From positions 15,644 to 79,643 of the forward strand of contig JAZTXK010000002.1 in NCBI GenBank assembly GCA_045636385.1: 64,000 nt of DNA, in the 5' to 3' direction. The position numbers and the translations under genes are program-made. Position 1 is the first letter of the stretch. Each line of letters starts with the position of its first letter. The stretch comes from Eubacteriales bacterium (GTDB taxonomy: Bacteria; Bacillota; Clostridia; Oscillospirales; CAG-272). The notes below the pieces were generated by a model, which did not search any database, was not told the origin of the DNA, and saw only the letters and a program-made list of their open reading frames with translations. Below, piece after piece: positions 36,878 through 45,807 of this stretch.

Positions 36878-38731
36878 TTACTCTCCGAAAACAAGTATCT
36901 CTCTGGTATTGATCCCATTATAATCCACGTTCGCGCCGCGGTGGACGGCGATGCGGATATACTTTCCGCTGACATTTTCCATCGAGAAAAGCACCTCTTG
37001 CTTCGGAGTATTATTGAACCACGGGTCTTGAGTCTTGGCCTTGTCCGCGAGGCTCGATACGGGCGCGAGCTCGGTATCAAAGCAAGCCGACGGGACGAGA
37101 GTCCAATTTACTCCGTCATCGCTGACGTAAACGTCCTGCGCCTGCGGAAAGCCCTTGAGATTTCCCGAGGAATAACCGATCGCCTCAAAGGTCTTGAGCG
37201 AGCCGAAATTCAGCGTCAAAAGCGCGGTATAAGGCGACGACGCATCGACCTCACCGTTTACGTTGTAGGTCTTATCGTCAAAATAAATATTTGCAGTATA
37301 GGAAGAACCGAAATGACCGTTGAGCAGATTGATAAGCGACGTCGTCTGCATCGCGCCATCGTTTTCGGTGGTTACCGAATATTCGGGAAGATCAAGATGT
37401 GACATGCCGATTATCGACAGACCGTATCGGATGTCGGCAAGATCACGCTTCTCTGCCTCGGTAAGTCCGTTCGGAGTCTTTGTTCCCGCCAGCGAAGCGA
37501 TAGCATCTGCATCACCGCGAAGGCCCGAGAAATAGCGGTATCCTTCGTTTTTTGCAAGCTGCCAATTCGACGAGGAGGGCATCCAACCGTTGCCCGCCTT
37601 CTTTTCGTTGCTGAAAACAACCGAAATGAGCGAGGTCTTCGGCTTTTCGGTCAGAAGCACGGTTTCGGTTTCAACCTTTGGTTTTTCGATGGTTTCAAGA
37701 TATGTTTTCTCGGCGATATAGTTGTCAACAAGCTCCTGAATTCCCCTCATATCGCCCTCGGATTTAAAAATATCGGGAAAATTGGTGGTCTTTGCCTCGG
37801 TGTAGTTATCCTTAACGTAATTTGCGAAGCTGAATTTCGCATTCACTCTTACGTCGTTGCAGAAATCGTAAGTCTGCCCGACCGCGCTCTCGCCCGTGAC
37901 GGTGCAGTACGCCATCAGCGCAGCAATATATCCCGAAAGCATATTCGGGTGGAATCCATCCTTGACGATGAAGGTATTCTTGCCGTAGGTCTGCGAGCCA
38001 CCGGGAACGGTATAGATGCTGTGCATAATGCGGTAAACAAGTCCGCCCCAATCCGCCATTATAACGCCCTTTTCGGCAAGGGTGGGATAATAATTATAGA
38101 TCGCGGGCAGATCGGTGCCGAAGGAGGAATATCCGTGGCAACCGAGGTTTGCAAGACAAACGATCTTGACGTCGGGATTGGCATCCTTGAAGAATTTGAT
38201 TATGTTATCAAAGTCATCGGCAATCGTGCTCGCTTGTCTGTCTCCGCCTCCGGGAGAAACGAAAACGTAATCGTAACAGCGATTTTTCAGCTCATCCTCG
38301 TGACGAGTACCCCTACACGCGCTCGAAGCATGCGCACAGGGCGCACCGAAGAAGTCGGCAAGTCCGTGACCGCCGAATGTCCAGTTGGTGACGTTGAGCT
38401 CCTGTCCGTTTTCCTTGCAAAGCTGATAGAAAAATCCACGGTCGCCCTCACGTTCCGCCTGAGTCATCACAGACGAAGACTGCGTAATCACGGTTCTGCC
38501 GTGAAAAACGTATGAATTGCCGATAAAAATTACTCTCTTGCCGTCGAGCGATACTTTTTCCTTGATCTCTGCCATTTCGGTGGTCTCCTCTTTTATAGTT
38601 TCGAATACTGTTGTAACATCTTCGCTTTGCATGGTTTCCGCAGGCACTTCCCCGCCCGCGCACGCAATCAAACCGAGAAGGATTGAAAGGCACAACAACG
38701 ATGCCGTTATTCTTCGAAGATATCTTTTCAT
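36878..38731 (-). CDS. secreted lipoprotein: SGNH-like esterase domain plus C-terminal discoidin (F5/8 type C)-like domain
   Basis: 617 aa. Lipobox LLGLIACAG, block-I-like VIFIGNSYV, and C-terminal GKYIRIAVHRG...NTREILVFGE. Its stop lies 2 nt before the GDPD start. Confidence 0.65.
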   Translation of the reverse strand: MKRYLRRITASLLCLSILLGLIACAGGEVPAETMQSEDVTTVFETIKEETTEMAEIKEKVSLDGKRVIFIGNSYVFHGRTVITQSSSVMTQAEREGDRGFFYQLCKENGQELNVTNWTFGGHGLADFFGAPCAHASSACRGTRHEDELKNRCYDYVFVSPGGGDRQASTIADDFDNIIKFFKDANPDVKIVCLANLGCHGYSSFGTDLPAIYNYYPTLAEKGVIMADWGGLVYRIMHSIYTVPGGSQTYGKNTFIVKDGFHPNMLSGYIAALMAYCTVTGESAVGQTYDFCNDVRVNAKFSFANYVKDNYTEAKTTNFPDIFKSEGDMRGIQELVDNYIAEKTYLETIEKPKVETETVLLTEKPKTSLISVVFSNEKKAGNGWMPSSSNWQLAKNEGYRYFSGLRGDADAIASLAGTKTPNGLTEAEKRDLADIRYGLSIIGMSHLDLPEYSVTTENDGAMQTTSLINLLNGHFGSSYTANIYFDDKTYNVNGEVDASSPYTALLTLNFGSLKTFEAIGYSSGNLKGFPQAQDVYVSDDGVNWTLVPSACFDTELAPVSSLADKAKTQDPWFNNTPKQEVLFSMENVSGKYIRIAVHRGANVDYNGINTREILVFGE

Positions 38732-38759
38732 ATTCCTATCACCTTTTCAAATTTATTAC

Positions 38760-38788
38760 ATTATATCACAAAAAACAGAGAATTGCAA
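38760..38788 (-). promoter_or_regulatory. sigma-A promoter of the SGNH-lipoprotein/GDPD unit
   Basis: -35 TTGCAA (38783-38788), 17-nt spacer, TG-extended -10 TATAAT (complement of 38760-38765). Confidence 0.6.
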
Positions 38789-38789
38789 T

Positions 38790-38823
38790 AAAAAATACCT
38801 TTCCGTCAAGAAAGGTATTTTTC
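38790..38823 (-). terminator. intrinsic terminator after the chrA pair (end of the pfl unit)
   Basis: AATACCTTTC-CGTCAA-GAAAGGTATT (38794-38819), flanked by an A-run and a T-run. Confidence 0.75.
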
Positions 38824-38826
38824 TAT

Positions 38827-39396
38827 TTATGCAAAAAGCAATATTCCGAAAATTGCTGAAACAACAATGAGCAATATCGGCGAAAATTCCTTTTTTGCAA
38901 GTTTTTTATAGAGCATCGGAACTGCGATTATAACCGCAAGGATGACGAACGTGCGCCAATCAAATACGATAGCCGATCCAAGCTTTTCAAATCCGATAAA
39001 CACCTTAAGTCCCATCGTCGCCGCCGTGGCAAGGATAAGTCCGCCGAGCGCGGGGCGCATACCCGTGATAAAGGCGTTGACAGCGGGGTATTTCATCAGG
39101 TTCTTTATCAGCGCCGCAACGATCAGTATAATAATAAAGGAAGGAAGCACAACGCCGACCGTTGCAAGAAGCGCGCCGAGGAAGCCGCCCTGCTCGTATC
39201 CGATGAAGGTCGCCATATTGACCGCAATCGGTCCGGGAATAACGGTTTCAACTCCCGCGAAGTTGAGAAGCTCCTCCTCGGTCATCCATCCGTAGGCAAG
39301 AACCGAATCACCGATCAGCGAAAGCATTGCGTAACCGCCGCCGAAAGCGAACGTGCCGACCTTCAAAAAGGTCAAAAACAACTGCAGATAGATCAT
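38827..39396 (-). CDS. chrA: chromate-transporter (CHR) family protein, short form, C-terminal partner
   Basis: 189 aa. Contains LKVGTFAFGGGYAMLSLI. ATGA overlap with the upstream CHR gene. Confidence 0.85.
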   Translation of the reverse strand: MIYLQLFLTFLKVGTFAFGGGYAMLSLIGDSVLAYGWMTEEELLNFAGVETVIPGPIAVNMATFIGYEQGGFLGALLATVGVVLPSFIIILIVAALIKNLMKYPAVNAFITGMRPALGGLILATAATMGLKVFIGFEKLGSAIVFDWRTFVILAVIIAVPMLYKKLAKKEFSPILLIVVSAIFGILLFA

Positions 39397-39959
39397 TTCT
39401 TTGCCCCCTTGCGCTTTTTATTAATAAGGAAGGAAGAAAGTCCGACAACTCCCGCGGTGAAAATAAAAGCTATCGAGGAAATGCGGAAGTCAAGCACCGT
39501 GCAAGCCGTCATACCGAGAAAGGTAACGGCAAACACCGTGATATTTCTCGCGGTCTTCTTCATCTTTTTAAGCATCTTGAGTGCCGCCGATGCGATAAGG
39601 TAGATCACACATATCTGCACACCGCGGAACGCCGCCATCACAATGGATATCTCCATAAATCTCTCGTAAAAAAGAGAAACGACGTACATTATAATAAAAG
39701 ACGGAGCGCAAACACCGACGGTCGCAACGGTTGCGCCGAATATTCCCTTGAGCTTGTAACCGATATAGGTAGCGACGTTGATCGCGATCGGTCCGGGTGT
39801 GCTTTCGGCGATGGCAACCACGTTCATAAACTCGTCGTGGTTTATCCAACCGCGCTTCGTTATGAACTCATTTTCAAGAAGCGCGATGATGGCGTATCCG
39901 CCGCCAAAGGCAAACGCGCCGATCTTTAGCATTGAGATAAATAACTGTAACAGTATCAT
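39393..39959 (-). CDS. chrA: chromate-transporter (CHR) family protein, short form, N-terminal partner
   Basis: The track ORF is over-extended to 40109. The ATG at 39959 gives MILLQLFISMLKIGAFAFGGGYAII and forms an ATGA overlap with the pflA stop. Confidence 0.85.
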   Translation of the reverse strand: MILLQLFISMLKIGAFAFGGGYAIIALLENEFITKRGWINHDEFMNVVAIAESTPGPIAINVATYIGYKLKGIFGATVATVGVCAPSFIIMYVVSLFYERFMEISIVMAAFRGVQICVIYLIASAALKMLKKMKKTARNITVFAVTFLGMTACTVLDFRISSIAFIFTAGVVGLSSFLINKKRKGAKK

Positions 39960-40669
39960 TTTGAAGGCCTTCCAATCGATGACATAATTGCGGAAATATC
40001 CTCCGCGGTCGTTTCTGGTATGCTTCCGAAAGGAAATTCTATCCCAAGATTTTCGTATTTCGGCGCACAGAGCTTGCGGAATTTGAGAAGCTCGACCTTT
40101 TTTACGCAAGGATGGGAGTCCGCAACATCATAAAGCACTTTAACGCTATCCGCGGAATCGTTTATACCCTTAACGATGACCTGACGGAGCCACGTATCTA
40201 TACTTCTCTTCTGAAGCTCGGAAAGAAAGAAATCAACCGAAGCCTTCTTGCATCGAGTGTATTTCTCATAATCCGCATCGTTGCACATTTTATAATCGAG
40301 CAGGCAAAGATCGGTCACTTCAAGCAGCTTTTCGATCTTTTCGTTCCAAGTACATCCCGACGTATCAAGCGCGGTGTGGATTCCTTCGCTTTTACAAAGC
40401 GAGAAAAGCTCACGGACGAAATCGGCTTGCATCGTCGGCTCGCCGCCCGAGACGGTGATACCGCCGTCCTTGCCGAAATACTCGCGGTAACGCTTGACCT
40501 TTTCTAATATTTCCTCCGCGCTGACTTCATAGCCGCCATTAAAATCCCACGTGTCAGGATTGTGGCAATATCCGCAGCGGAGCGGACAGCCCTGCATAAA
40601 TAGCACAAAACGCACGCCGGGACCGTCAACGGTCCCGAGCGTTTGTATTGAATTTATTCTGCCCTTCAT
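39956..40669 (-). CDS. pflA: pyruvate formate-lyase activating enzyme (radical SAM)
   Basis: Contains GCPLRCGYCHNPDTW (CxxxCxxC) and GGITVSGGEP. The ATG at 40669 overlaps the pflB TGA. A GTG at 40672 is the alternative start. Confidence 0.93.
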   Translation of the reverse strand: MKGRINSIQTLGTVDGPGVRFVLFMQGCPLRCGYCHNPDTWDFNGGYEVSAEEILEKVKRYREYFGKDGGITVSGGEPTMQADFVRELFSLCKSEGIHTALDTSGCTWNEKIEKLLEVTDLCLLDYKMCNDADYEKYTRCKKASVDFFLSELQKRSIDTWLRQVIVKGINDSADSVKVLYDVADSHPCVKKVELLKFRKLCAPKYENLGIEFPFGSIPETTAEDISAIMSSIGRPSK

Positions 40670-42900
40670 CACAGGCTTTCGTGGAAGGTACGGCTGATAA
40701 CCTCTCTCTGCTGCTCCTTCGAGAGCTTGTGGAAGTTGACAGCGTAACCCGAAACGCGGATGGTGAGGTTGGGATAAAGATCGGGGTTCTCATAAGCCTC
40801 GATAAGCTTCTGCTTGTTAAGGACATTTACGTTGATATGATGCGCGTGCTTCTTGAAATAGCCGTCGAGGATGTTGACGAGATTGTCAACTCTCGCCTCA
40901 TCGTTGTTGCCGAGAGCATCAGGAACGATCGAGAAGGTGTTGGAAATACCGTCGCGACAGCACTCATAGGGCATCTTGGTCAGCGTATTGAGCGATGCAA
41001 GAGCACCGTTCTGCTCACGGTTGTGCATAGGATTTGCGCCGGGAGCGAACGCCTCGCCCTTCTTTCTTCCGTCGGGAGTAGCACCCGTCTTCTTGCCGTA
41101 AACAACGTTCGAGGTGATCGTCAGCGCGGAAAGAGTATGTCTTGCGTTCTTATAGGTGGGAGTCTTGCGGAGCTCCTCGATAACGTCCTTGAGGATCGCC
41201 TTGGCTATCGAGTCGACGCGGTCGTCATCATTGCCGTATTTCGGGAAGTCACCCGTGGTCTCGAAGTCAATGATGTAGCCGTTCTCGTTGCGGATGGGCT
41301 TGACGTTTGCATACTTGATCGCACTCATAGAGTCTGCGATGACGGAAAGTCCTGCAACGCCGAATGCCATCATACGGTCAACGTCTGTATCGTGGAGAGC
41401 CATCTGGGTCTTCTCGTAAGCGTACTTATCGTGCATGAAGTGGATGACGTTCATGGTGTTGACGTAGAGACGGCAGAGCCACTCAAGATAAATATGGAAA
41501 CGCGCCTGAACTGCCTCGTAATCAAGCTTATCCGATCCGTAGGGCTCGATCTGAGGGCCGATCTTCATATCGGAGGTATTATCGTAACCGCCGTTGAGCG
41601 CGAGAAGCATAAGCTTCGGGAGATTGCATCTTGCGCCGAAGAACTGCATCTGCTTACCGATCTTCATTGCCGAAACACAGCAAGCGATTCCGTAGTCGTC
41701 ACCGTAGCTTACGCGCATAAGATCGTCATTCTCATACTGAATAGAGTCGGTGTCGATCGAAACCTTCGCGCAGAACTTCTTGAAGCCCTCGGGAAGATGC
41801 TCCGACCAAAGAATGGTGAGATTTGGCTCGGGCGCGGGACCGAGGTTATAAAGCGTATTGAGGATTCGGAAGGAAGACTTGGTAACGAGAGTCTTGCCCG
41901 AAACGCCCATACCGCCAACGCTCTCGGTGATCCACATCGGGTCGCCGCCGAAGAGCTCGTTGTATTCGGGTGTGCGGAGGTGACGAGCCATACGAAGCTT
42001 CATAACGAAATCGTCGATAAGTTCCTGCGCGCCGATCTCGTCAAGGATGCCCGCATCAATATCGCGCTGAATGTAAATATCAAAGAAGGTTGCAACGCGT
42101 CCCATAGACATAGCCGCGCCGTTCTGCTCCTTGATTGCCGCAAGATATGCAAAATAAGTCCACTGAATAGCCTCGCGCGCGTTCTTTGCGGGCTCGGAGA
42201 TATCGTAGCCGTAAATAGCCGCCATTTCCTTTGTCTTGCTAAGGAAGGTGATCTGCTGGAAGAGCTCTTCCGCAAGGCGGATGGTGTCTGTGTTCATATT
42301 GCCAAGGCCGAGCTTAGCCTTGTCTGCCTTTTTCTGTTCAATAAGATAATCAATACCGTAAAGCGCAACGCGGCGGTAGTCACCGATAATTCTGCCTCTG
42401 CCGTAAGCATCGGGAAGACCGGTCATAATGCCGATGTGGCGTGCCTTCTTCATTTCATCGGTATAAACACGGAAAACGCCGTCGTTGTGAGTGGTACGGA
42501 ACTGGAATTCGTTTTCGATCTTGTCGGAAAGCTCGTATCCGTAAGCCGCGCAAGCGGAGCGAGCCATTCTGATACCGCCGAAGGGATTTACTCCGCGGCG
42601 GAGGGGTGCATCGGTCTGCAGACCGACGATAAGTTCATTTTCTTTGTCGAGATAACCTGCGCCGTAGCTTGTAAGCGAAGATACGGTCATAGTGTCGATG
42701 TCAAGAAGACCGCCGTTGTCGCTTTCCTGCTTGAAAAGGACATTGAGCTTATCCATCAAAGCCGAGGTACGCGCAGTAGGTCCTGCGAGGAAGGATGCGT
42801 CGCCCGTATAGGGTGTGTAGTTGTCCTGGATAAACTGACGGACGTTTACCTCATTCTGCCACTCTTCTCCGTAGAAGCCGTTCCATTGTTCAAATTTCAT
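40669..42900 (-). CDS. pflB: pyruvate formate-lyase (glycyl radical enzyme)
   Basis: The track ORF is over-extended to 42969. The ATG at 42900 follows GGAGG, giving 743 aa. Glycyl-radical motif TIRVSGYAV near the C-terminus and an active-site CCVS. Confidence 0.95.
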   Translation of the reverse strand: MKFEQWNGFYGEEWQNEVNVRQFIQDNYTPYTGDASFLAGPTARTSALMDKLNVLFKQESDNGGLLDIDTMTVSSLTSYGAGYLDKENELIVGLQTDAPLRRGVNPFGGIRMARSACAAYGYELSDKIENEFQFRTTHNDGVFRVYTDEMKKARHIGIMTGLPDAYGRGRIIGDYRRVALYGIDYLIEQKKADKAKLGLGNMNTDTIRLAEELFQQITFLSKTKEMAAIYGYDISEPAKNAREAIQWTYFAYLAAIKEQNGAAMSMGRVATFFDIYIQRDIDAGILDEIGAQELIDDFVMKLRMARHLRTPEYNELFGGDPMWITESVGGMGVSGKTLVTKSSFRILNTLYNLGPAPEPNLTILWSEHLPEGFKKFCAKVSIDTDSIQYENDDLMRVSYGDDYGIACCVSAMKIGKQMQFFGARCNLPKLMLLALNGGYDNTSDMKIGPQIEPYGSDKLDYEAVQARFHIYLEWLCRLYVNTMNVIHFMHDKYAYEKTQMALHDTDVDRMMAFGVAGLSVIADSMSAIKYANVKPIRNENGYIIDFETTGDFPKYGNDDDRVDSIAKAILKDVIEELRKTPTYKNARHTLSALTITSNVVYGKKTGATPDGRKKGEAFAPGANPMHNREQNGALASLNTLTKMPYECCRDGISNTFSIVPDALGNNDEARVDNLVNILDGYFKKHAHHINVNVLNKQKLIEAYENPDLYPNLTIRVSGYAVNFHKLSKEQQREVISRTFHESL

Positions 42901-43007
42901 AGTGAAACCTCCATAAAAGCCCGAAAACGCCCAGACGGTCGGCAAGGCTCTGAAATGTATTTGCACCACACTGTGTTAATTCACTTTTCCGCCAGTGATA
43001 CATTATA

Positions 43008-43036
43008 ATTATACTATATATTAATAGGAATGTCAA
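43008..43036 (-). promoter_or_regulatory. sigma-A promoter of pflB-pflA-chrA-chrA
   Basis: -35 TTGACA (complement of 43031-43036), 17-nt spacer, -10 TATAAT (complement of 43008-43013). Confidence 0.7.
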
Positions 43037-43057
43037 TCGGTATCGAAAAATTTTAAT

Positions 43058-43086
43058 GAAAAAGCGGCTGATAGTTAATCAGCCGC
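43058..43086 (-). terminator. intrinsic terminator after the unknown 4-gene operon
   Basis: GCGGCTGAT-AGTTA-ATCAGCCGC (43064-43086). The minus strand then reads TTTTTCATT. Confidence 0.75.
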
Positions 43087-43134
43087 CGATATTATTAAGA
43101 AAACTAAATCTTATGTACGTTTCATATTGATCTT

Positions 43135-43770
43135 CTATGATGTCTCAAAACCGAACATCTTTGTTTTCTTGCCGTTATCATTGATTTTATAAACCGCCAT
43201 CCATGAAAAGGAATCCGAATATTGATCCTCGGTAAAATCAAGACCGGTATTTTCTTTGAAGGTTTCAAGAGATTCATCGTTTTCCACCTTGACCGACAAG
43301 GAAACCGCTTCACGGTATTTTAATCTGAAATGCGGAACGCAATCTGCTTTTTCTTTATCGCATTCAACTGTCATAGCATCGTAACCGCATTTTCTGCTGT
43401 CGAAAAGCAAATAATCTTTTCCGCAATCTGCGCAGGTTATTCTGAATACGGTTATTCCCACGAAAAACGGCGCCTCGGGGATATAAACTTCCTCGCCTTT
43501 TTCCGTTTTTCCGTCATCAGTCTTCTTGATGATCCAATGGTGCCAAACGCCATCGTCGCCCATCTTGCACGTAAATCCCTCTCGTATCAGCTTTGCCCAA
43601 GCATCGTTATGCGGCTTTGCAATTTCTTTTTCTTCCTTTGTAAGATAATTCTCATACACGAAGAACTTGCCGCAACCGCACGGACACCTCAGCGAAAAAT
43701 GAGTCCAAGTATTTCGTTCCTTTTCAATTATTGCAATATTCCTTAAATAAAGCGGAACGGGTACACTCAT
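43135..43770 (-). CDS. hypothetical Cys-rich protein
   Basis: 211 aa with CPCGCG ... CADCGKDY (possible zinc site). I recognise no family. Last gene of the 4-gene operon, followed by a terminator. Confidence 0.55.
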   Translation of the reverse strand: MSVPVPLYLRNIAIIEKERNTWTHFSLRCPCGCGKFFVYENYLTKEEKEIAKPHNDAWAKLIREGFTCKMGDDGVWHHWIIKKTDDGKTEKGEEVYIPEAPFFVGITVFRITCADCGKDYLLFDSRKCGYDAMTVECDKEKADCVPHFRLKYREAVSLSVKVENDESLETFKENTGLDFTEDQYSDSFSWMAVYKINDNGKKTKMFGFETS

Positions 43771-43774
43771 AATA

Positions 43775-44380
43775 TCACCGGATTCCTTTCGAAATCATTT
43801 CATTAATTAAAGTAACCGCTTTTTCAGTATTATCATCAAATTCCGCATCGGTCGTTCTCGATGACGGCGAACGGTCGCTTATATATTCGGCAAAACCGAA
43901 TTTTCTGTAAAGCGAAACCGCGTGCCAATTGCGTGTTCCCGTCAAAAGGTAGATAAATCCCGAATAGCCGAGCTCGCAATAGAGATCCATAAGGCGGGTA
44001 AGCATAGCTTTCGCTATTCCCTTGCCCGAGTGGCTGTCCTTGACTGCGACCCAATGTATGCGCTGCTTCTTCTCGCCGTAAAACTTACCGTTCCAAAGCG
44101 ACGCAGTACCAACGTATTCACCCTCGGGCGAAACGACAAAGAGCATTCTCTTTTCGGGATCAAGATCCTGACCGTCAATAAACTCGCGGTTGAAGCACTC
44201 TAGTCCCTTTTCGATGCTCGAAAACTGGGCGACATCAGTTTCGATTTCCGCCCAATGCTCCTCGTCACCTTTTTGGTAAAAAACGAACTTATATCCCGCC
44301 GGCAAATCATATCGCGGATAGTTATCGGTATCTTCCTTAACCATCGTCAAGGGGTAATAAGGTATACTTTTATCGACCAT
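43775..44380 (-). CDS. GNAT-family N-acetyltransferase
   Basis: 201 aa. Acetyl-CoA motif HWVAVKDSHSGKGIAKAMLTRLM. Confidence 0.75.
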   Translation of the reverse strand: MVDKSIPYYPLTMVKEDTDNYPRYDLPAGYKFVFYQKGDEEHWAEIETDVAQFSSIEKGLECFNREFIDGQDLDPEKRMLFVVSPEGEYVGTASLWNGKFYGEKKQRIHWVAVKDSHSGKGIAKAMLTRLMDLYCELGYSGFIYLLTGTRNWHAVSLYRKFGFAEYISDRSPSSRTTDAEFDDNTEKAVTLINEMISKGIR

Positions 44381-44891
44381 TTTTTCTGTACCATTCCCTT
44401 ATCTTTTTCGCAGTACTTGCGGAATCCAGCAATTTAAAATACTTCTTTTTGTCTTTTCCGACGATAATGCAGAAATGATTATAGTGAACGCGATTTTTGC
44501 GTTTTTCCGATTTTACGGTAAACTTTTCAATATAATCTCTGCAAAACACACCCGTTCCGGCAAATATCAGCCATTCATCTGACATATATATCAAAGAATT
44601 TGTGGACATAGCAGTGGCAGACGGATAAAGAGGTTTAACGCCCTTGCCGTCAAATTTGATATTGAGTATCTTCTCCTGCCTGCGCAAAATCATATACGCA
44701 AACGGAATACGCAATAACAGCACAAGCCATACAGCCACGCCCGCAAGCAACCAATATAACGAATAAAGAATGTCGTTTTCGACCGCGTCAAAAAAGAACG
44801 AAACTACAAAGAAAGGAACTGCCACCAAAAGTGAAGTAAAAAAGCACATCAAAGAGGTATTTTTTGCATAAAGCAAGTTGTATTTTTTCAT
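44370..44891 (-). CDS. membrane protein, two N-terminal TM helices plus bacterial-PH-like (YdbS-type) domain
   Basis: 173 aa. Topology was read from hydrophobic stretches. Overlaps the GNAT start by 11 nt. Confidence 0.5.
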   Translation of the reverse strand: MKKYNLLYAKNTSLMCFFTSLLVAVPFFVVSFFFDAVENDILYSLYWLLAGVAVWLVLLLRIPFAYMILRRQEKILNIKFDGKGVKPLYPSATAMSTNSLIYMSDEWLIFAGTGVFCRDYIEKFTVKSEKRKNRVHYNHFCIIVGKDKKKYFKLLDSASTAKKIREWYRKNGR

Positions 44892-44892
44892 T

Positions 44893-45672
44893 CTACCAAA
44901 CTCTGTCCTTGAGAATTTTGTTCCAATGATACCGCACCTCGCGAAGATGCAGTTTTATGTTACATTCTCTGCAATACGGTCTTTTTTGCGACCAAAGATC
45001 GCATTCCACAATTCTCGAGCACCCGTCAATATACTGATAAAGAAATTCCAAAACGCATTTTCCGCTGTTGATATCTTTAACAAGCTTGTGAATGCTCCAT
45101 TCTTTTCTGACAGCTTGTTTGAAAATGTTTTCCTCATCAACAAAGATCTGCGCGTCAAATTCATCTCCGTCGAGAAGAACGAATTCAAGCTTTGAAGCAT
45201 CGGTTCTGACGAGAACGTCAAGATCGCTTTCGGGGTGATCAGGAGTTATCCAAAAACCGTCCGGGAACTCAAATCCGAGAATTCCGTTTTCAAACCAAGC
45301 CCGCTCGGCTTTGCAATCGTGCAGAGATACATACAGATCATTGTTGTCGCAGTGCGAAAATATCTTCCAATCCTCAAGCAATTCTTGAAAATAGTAAGAA
45401 TCGTATTCGCCCGCTAAATGCTCAACATTCAAAAAGCTGTACCACATATTCTTTTCATTACATATCGCAGCGAGTTTCTCATTTGTCTCGAAAAGCGGCG
45501 GTTCAATCAAATCTATGATAGCTCCGTAATACGAACCGTACCCCGCAATATAACCAAAGGCAGTTATTCCGGTTTCCTCGTCCAAAAGATACGGACTTAT
45601 AAAGGTAAAACCGAACTCTTCGGATGCGCGTAAAAAATGTGACCGCGCTTTTTCAATCATATTACTATCCAT
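44893..45672 (-). CDS. hypothetical cytoplasmic protein, apparently two-domain
   Basis: 259 aa. AGGAAAGG RBS. First gene behind a consensus promoter. I recognise no family. Confidence 0.55.
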   Translation of the reverse strand: MDSNMIEKARSHFLRASEEFGFTFISPYLLDEETGITAFGYIAGYGSYYGAIIDLIEPPLFETNEKLAAICNEKNMWYSFLNVEHLAGEYDSYYFQELLEDWKIFSHCDNNDLYVSLHDCKAERAWFENGILGFEFPDGFWITPDHPESDLDVLVRTDASKLEFVLLDGDEFDAQIFVDEENIFKQAVRKEWSIHKLVKDINSGKCVLEFLYQYIDGCSRIVECDLWSQKRPYCRECNIKLHLREVRYHWNKILKDRVW

Positions 45673-45695
45673 AATTACACCGCCTTTCCTAAATC

Positions 45696-45724
45696 ATTAT
45701 ATCATAAATATTTTTCTTTTTCAA
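45696..45724 (-). promoter_or_regulatory. sigma-A promoter of the unknown 4-gene operon
   Basis: -35 TTGAAA (complement of 45719-45724), 17-nt spacer, TG-extended -10 TATAAT (complement of 45696-45701). Confidence 0.65.
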
Positions 45725-45751
45725 TCCCTCCGTCTTTTTTCATTCAAAATA

Positions 45752-45780
45752 TTGACACAAAGAGCAAAATGTGATAAAAT
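45752..45780 (+). promoter_or_regulatory. sigma-A promoter of the PHP-domain gene
   Basis: -35 TTGACA (45752-45757), 17-nt spacer, TG-extended -10 TAAAAT (45775-45780). Confidence 0.65.
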
Positions 45781-45807
45781 CATAAAAAACGCTGCGAGGT
45801 GACTTCT

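Noticed and set aside
40648-43008. 786-aa plus-strand ORF, the longest in the track
   Set aside because: It lies exactly antisense to and codon-aligned with pflB, which carries unmistakable glycyl-radical enzyme motifs. The translation is low-complexity and rich in V/L/R/A/G, with no RBS. It is a shadow ORF caused by codon bias.
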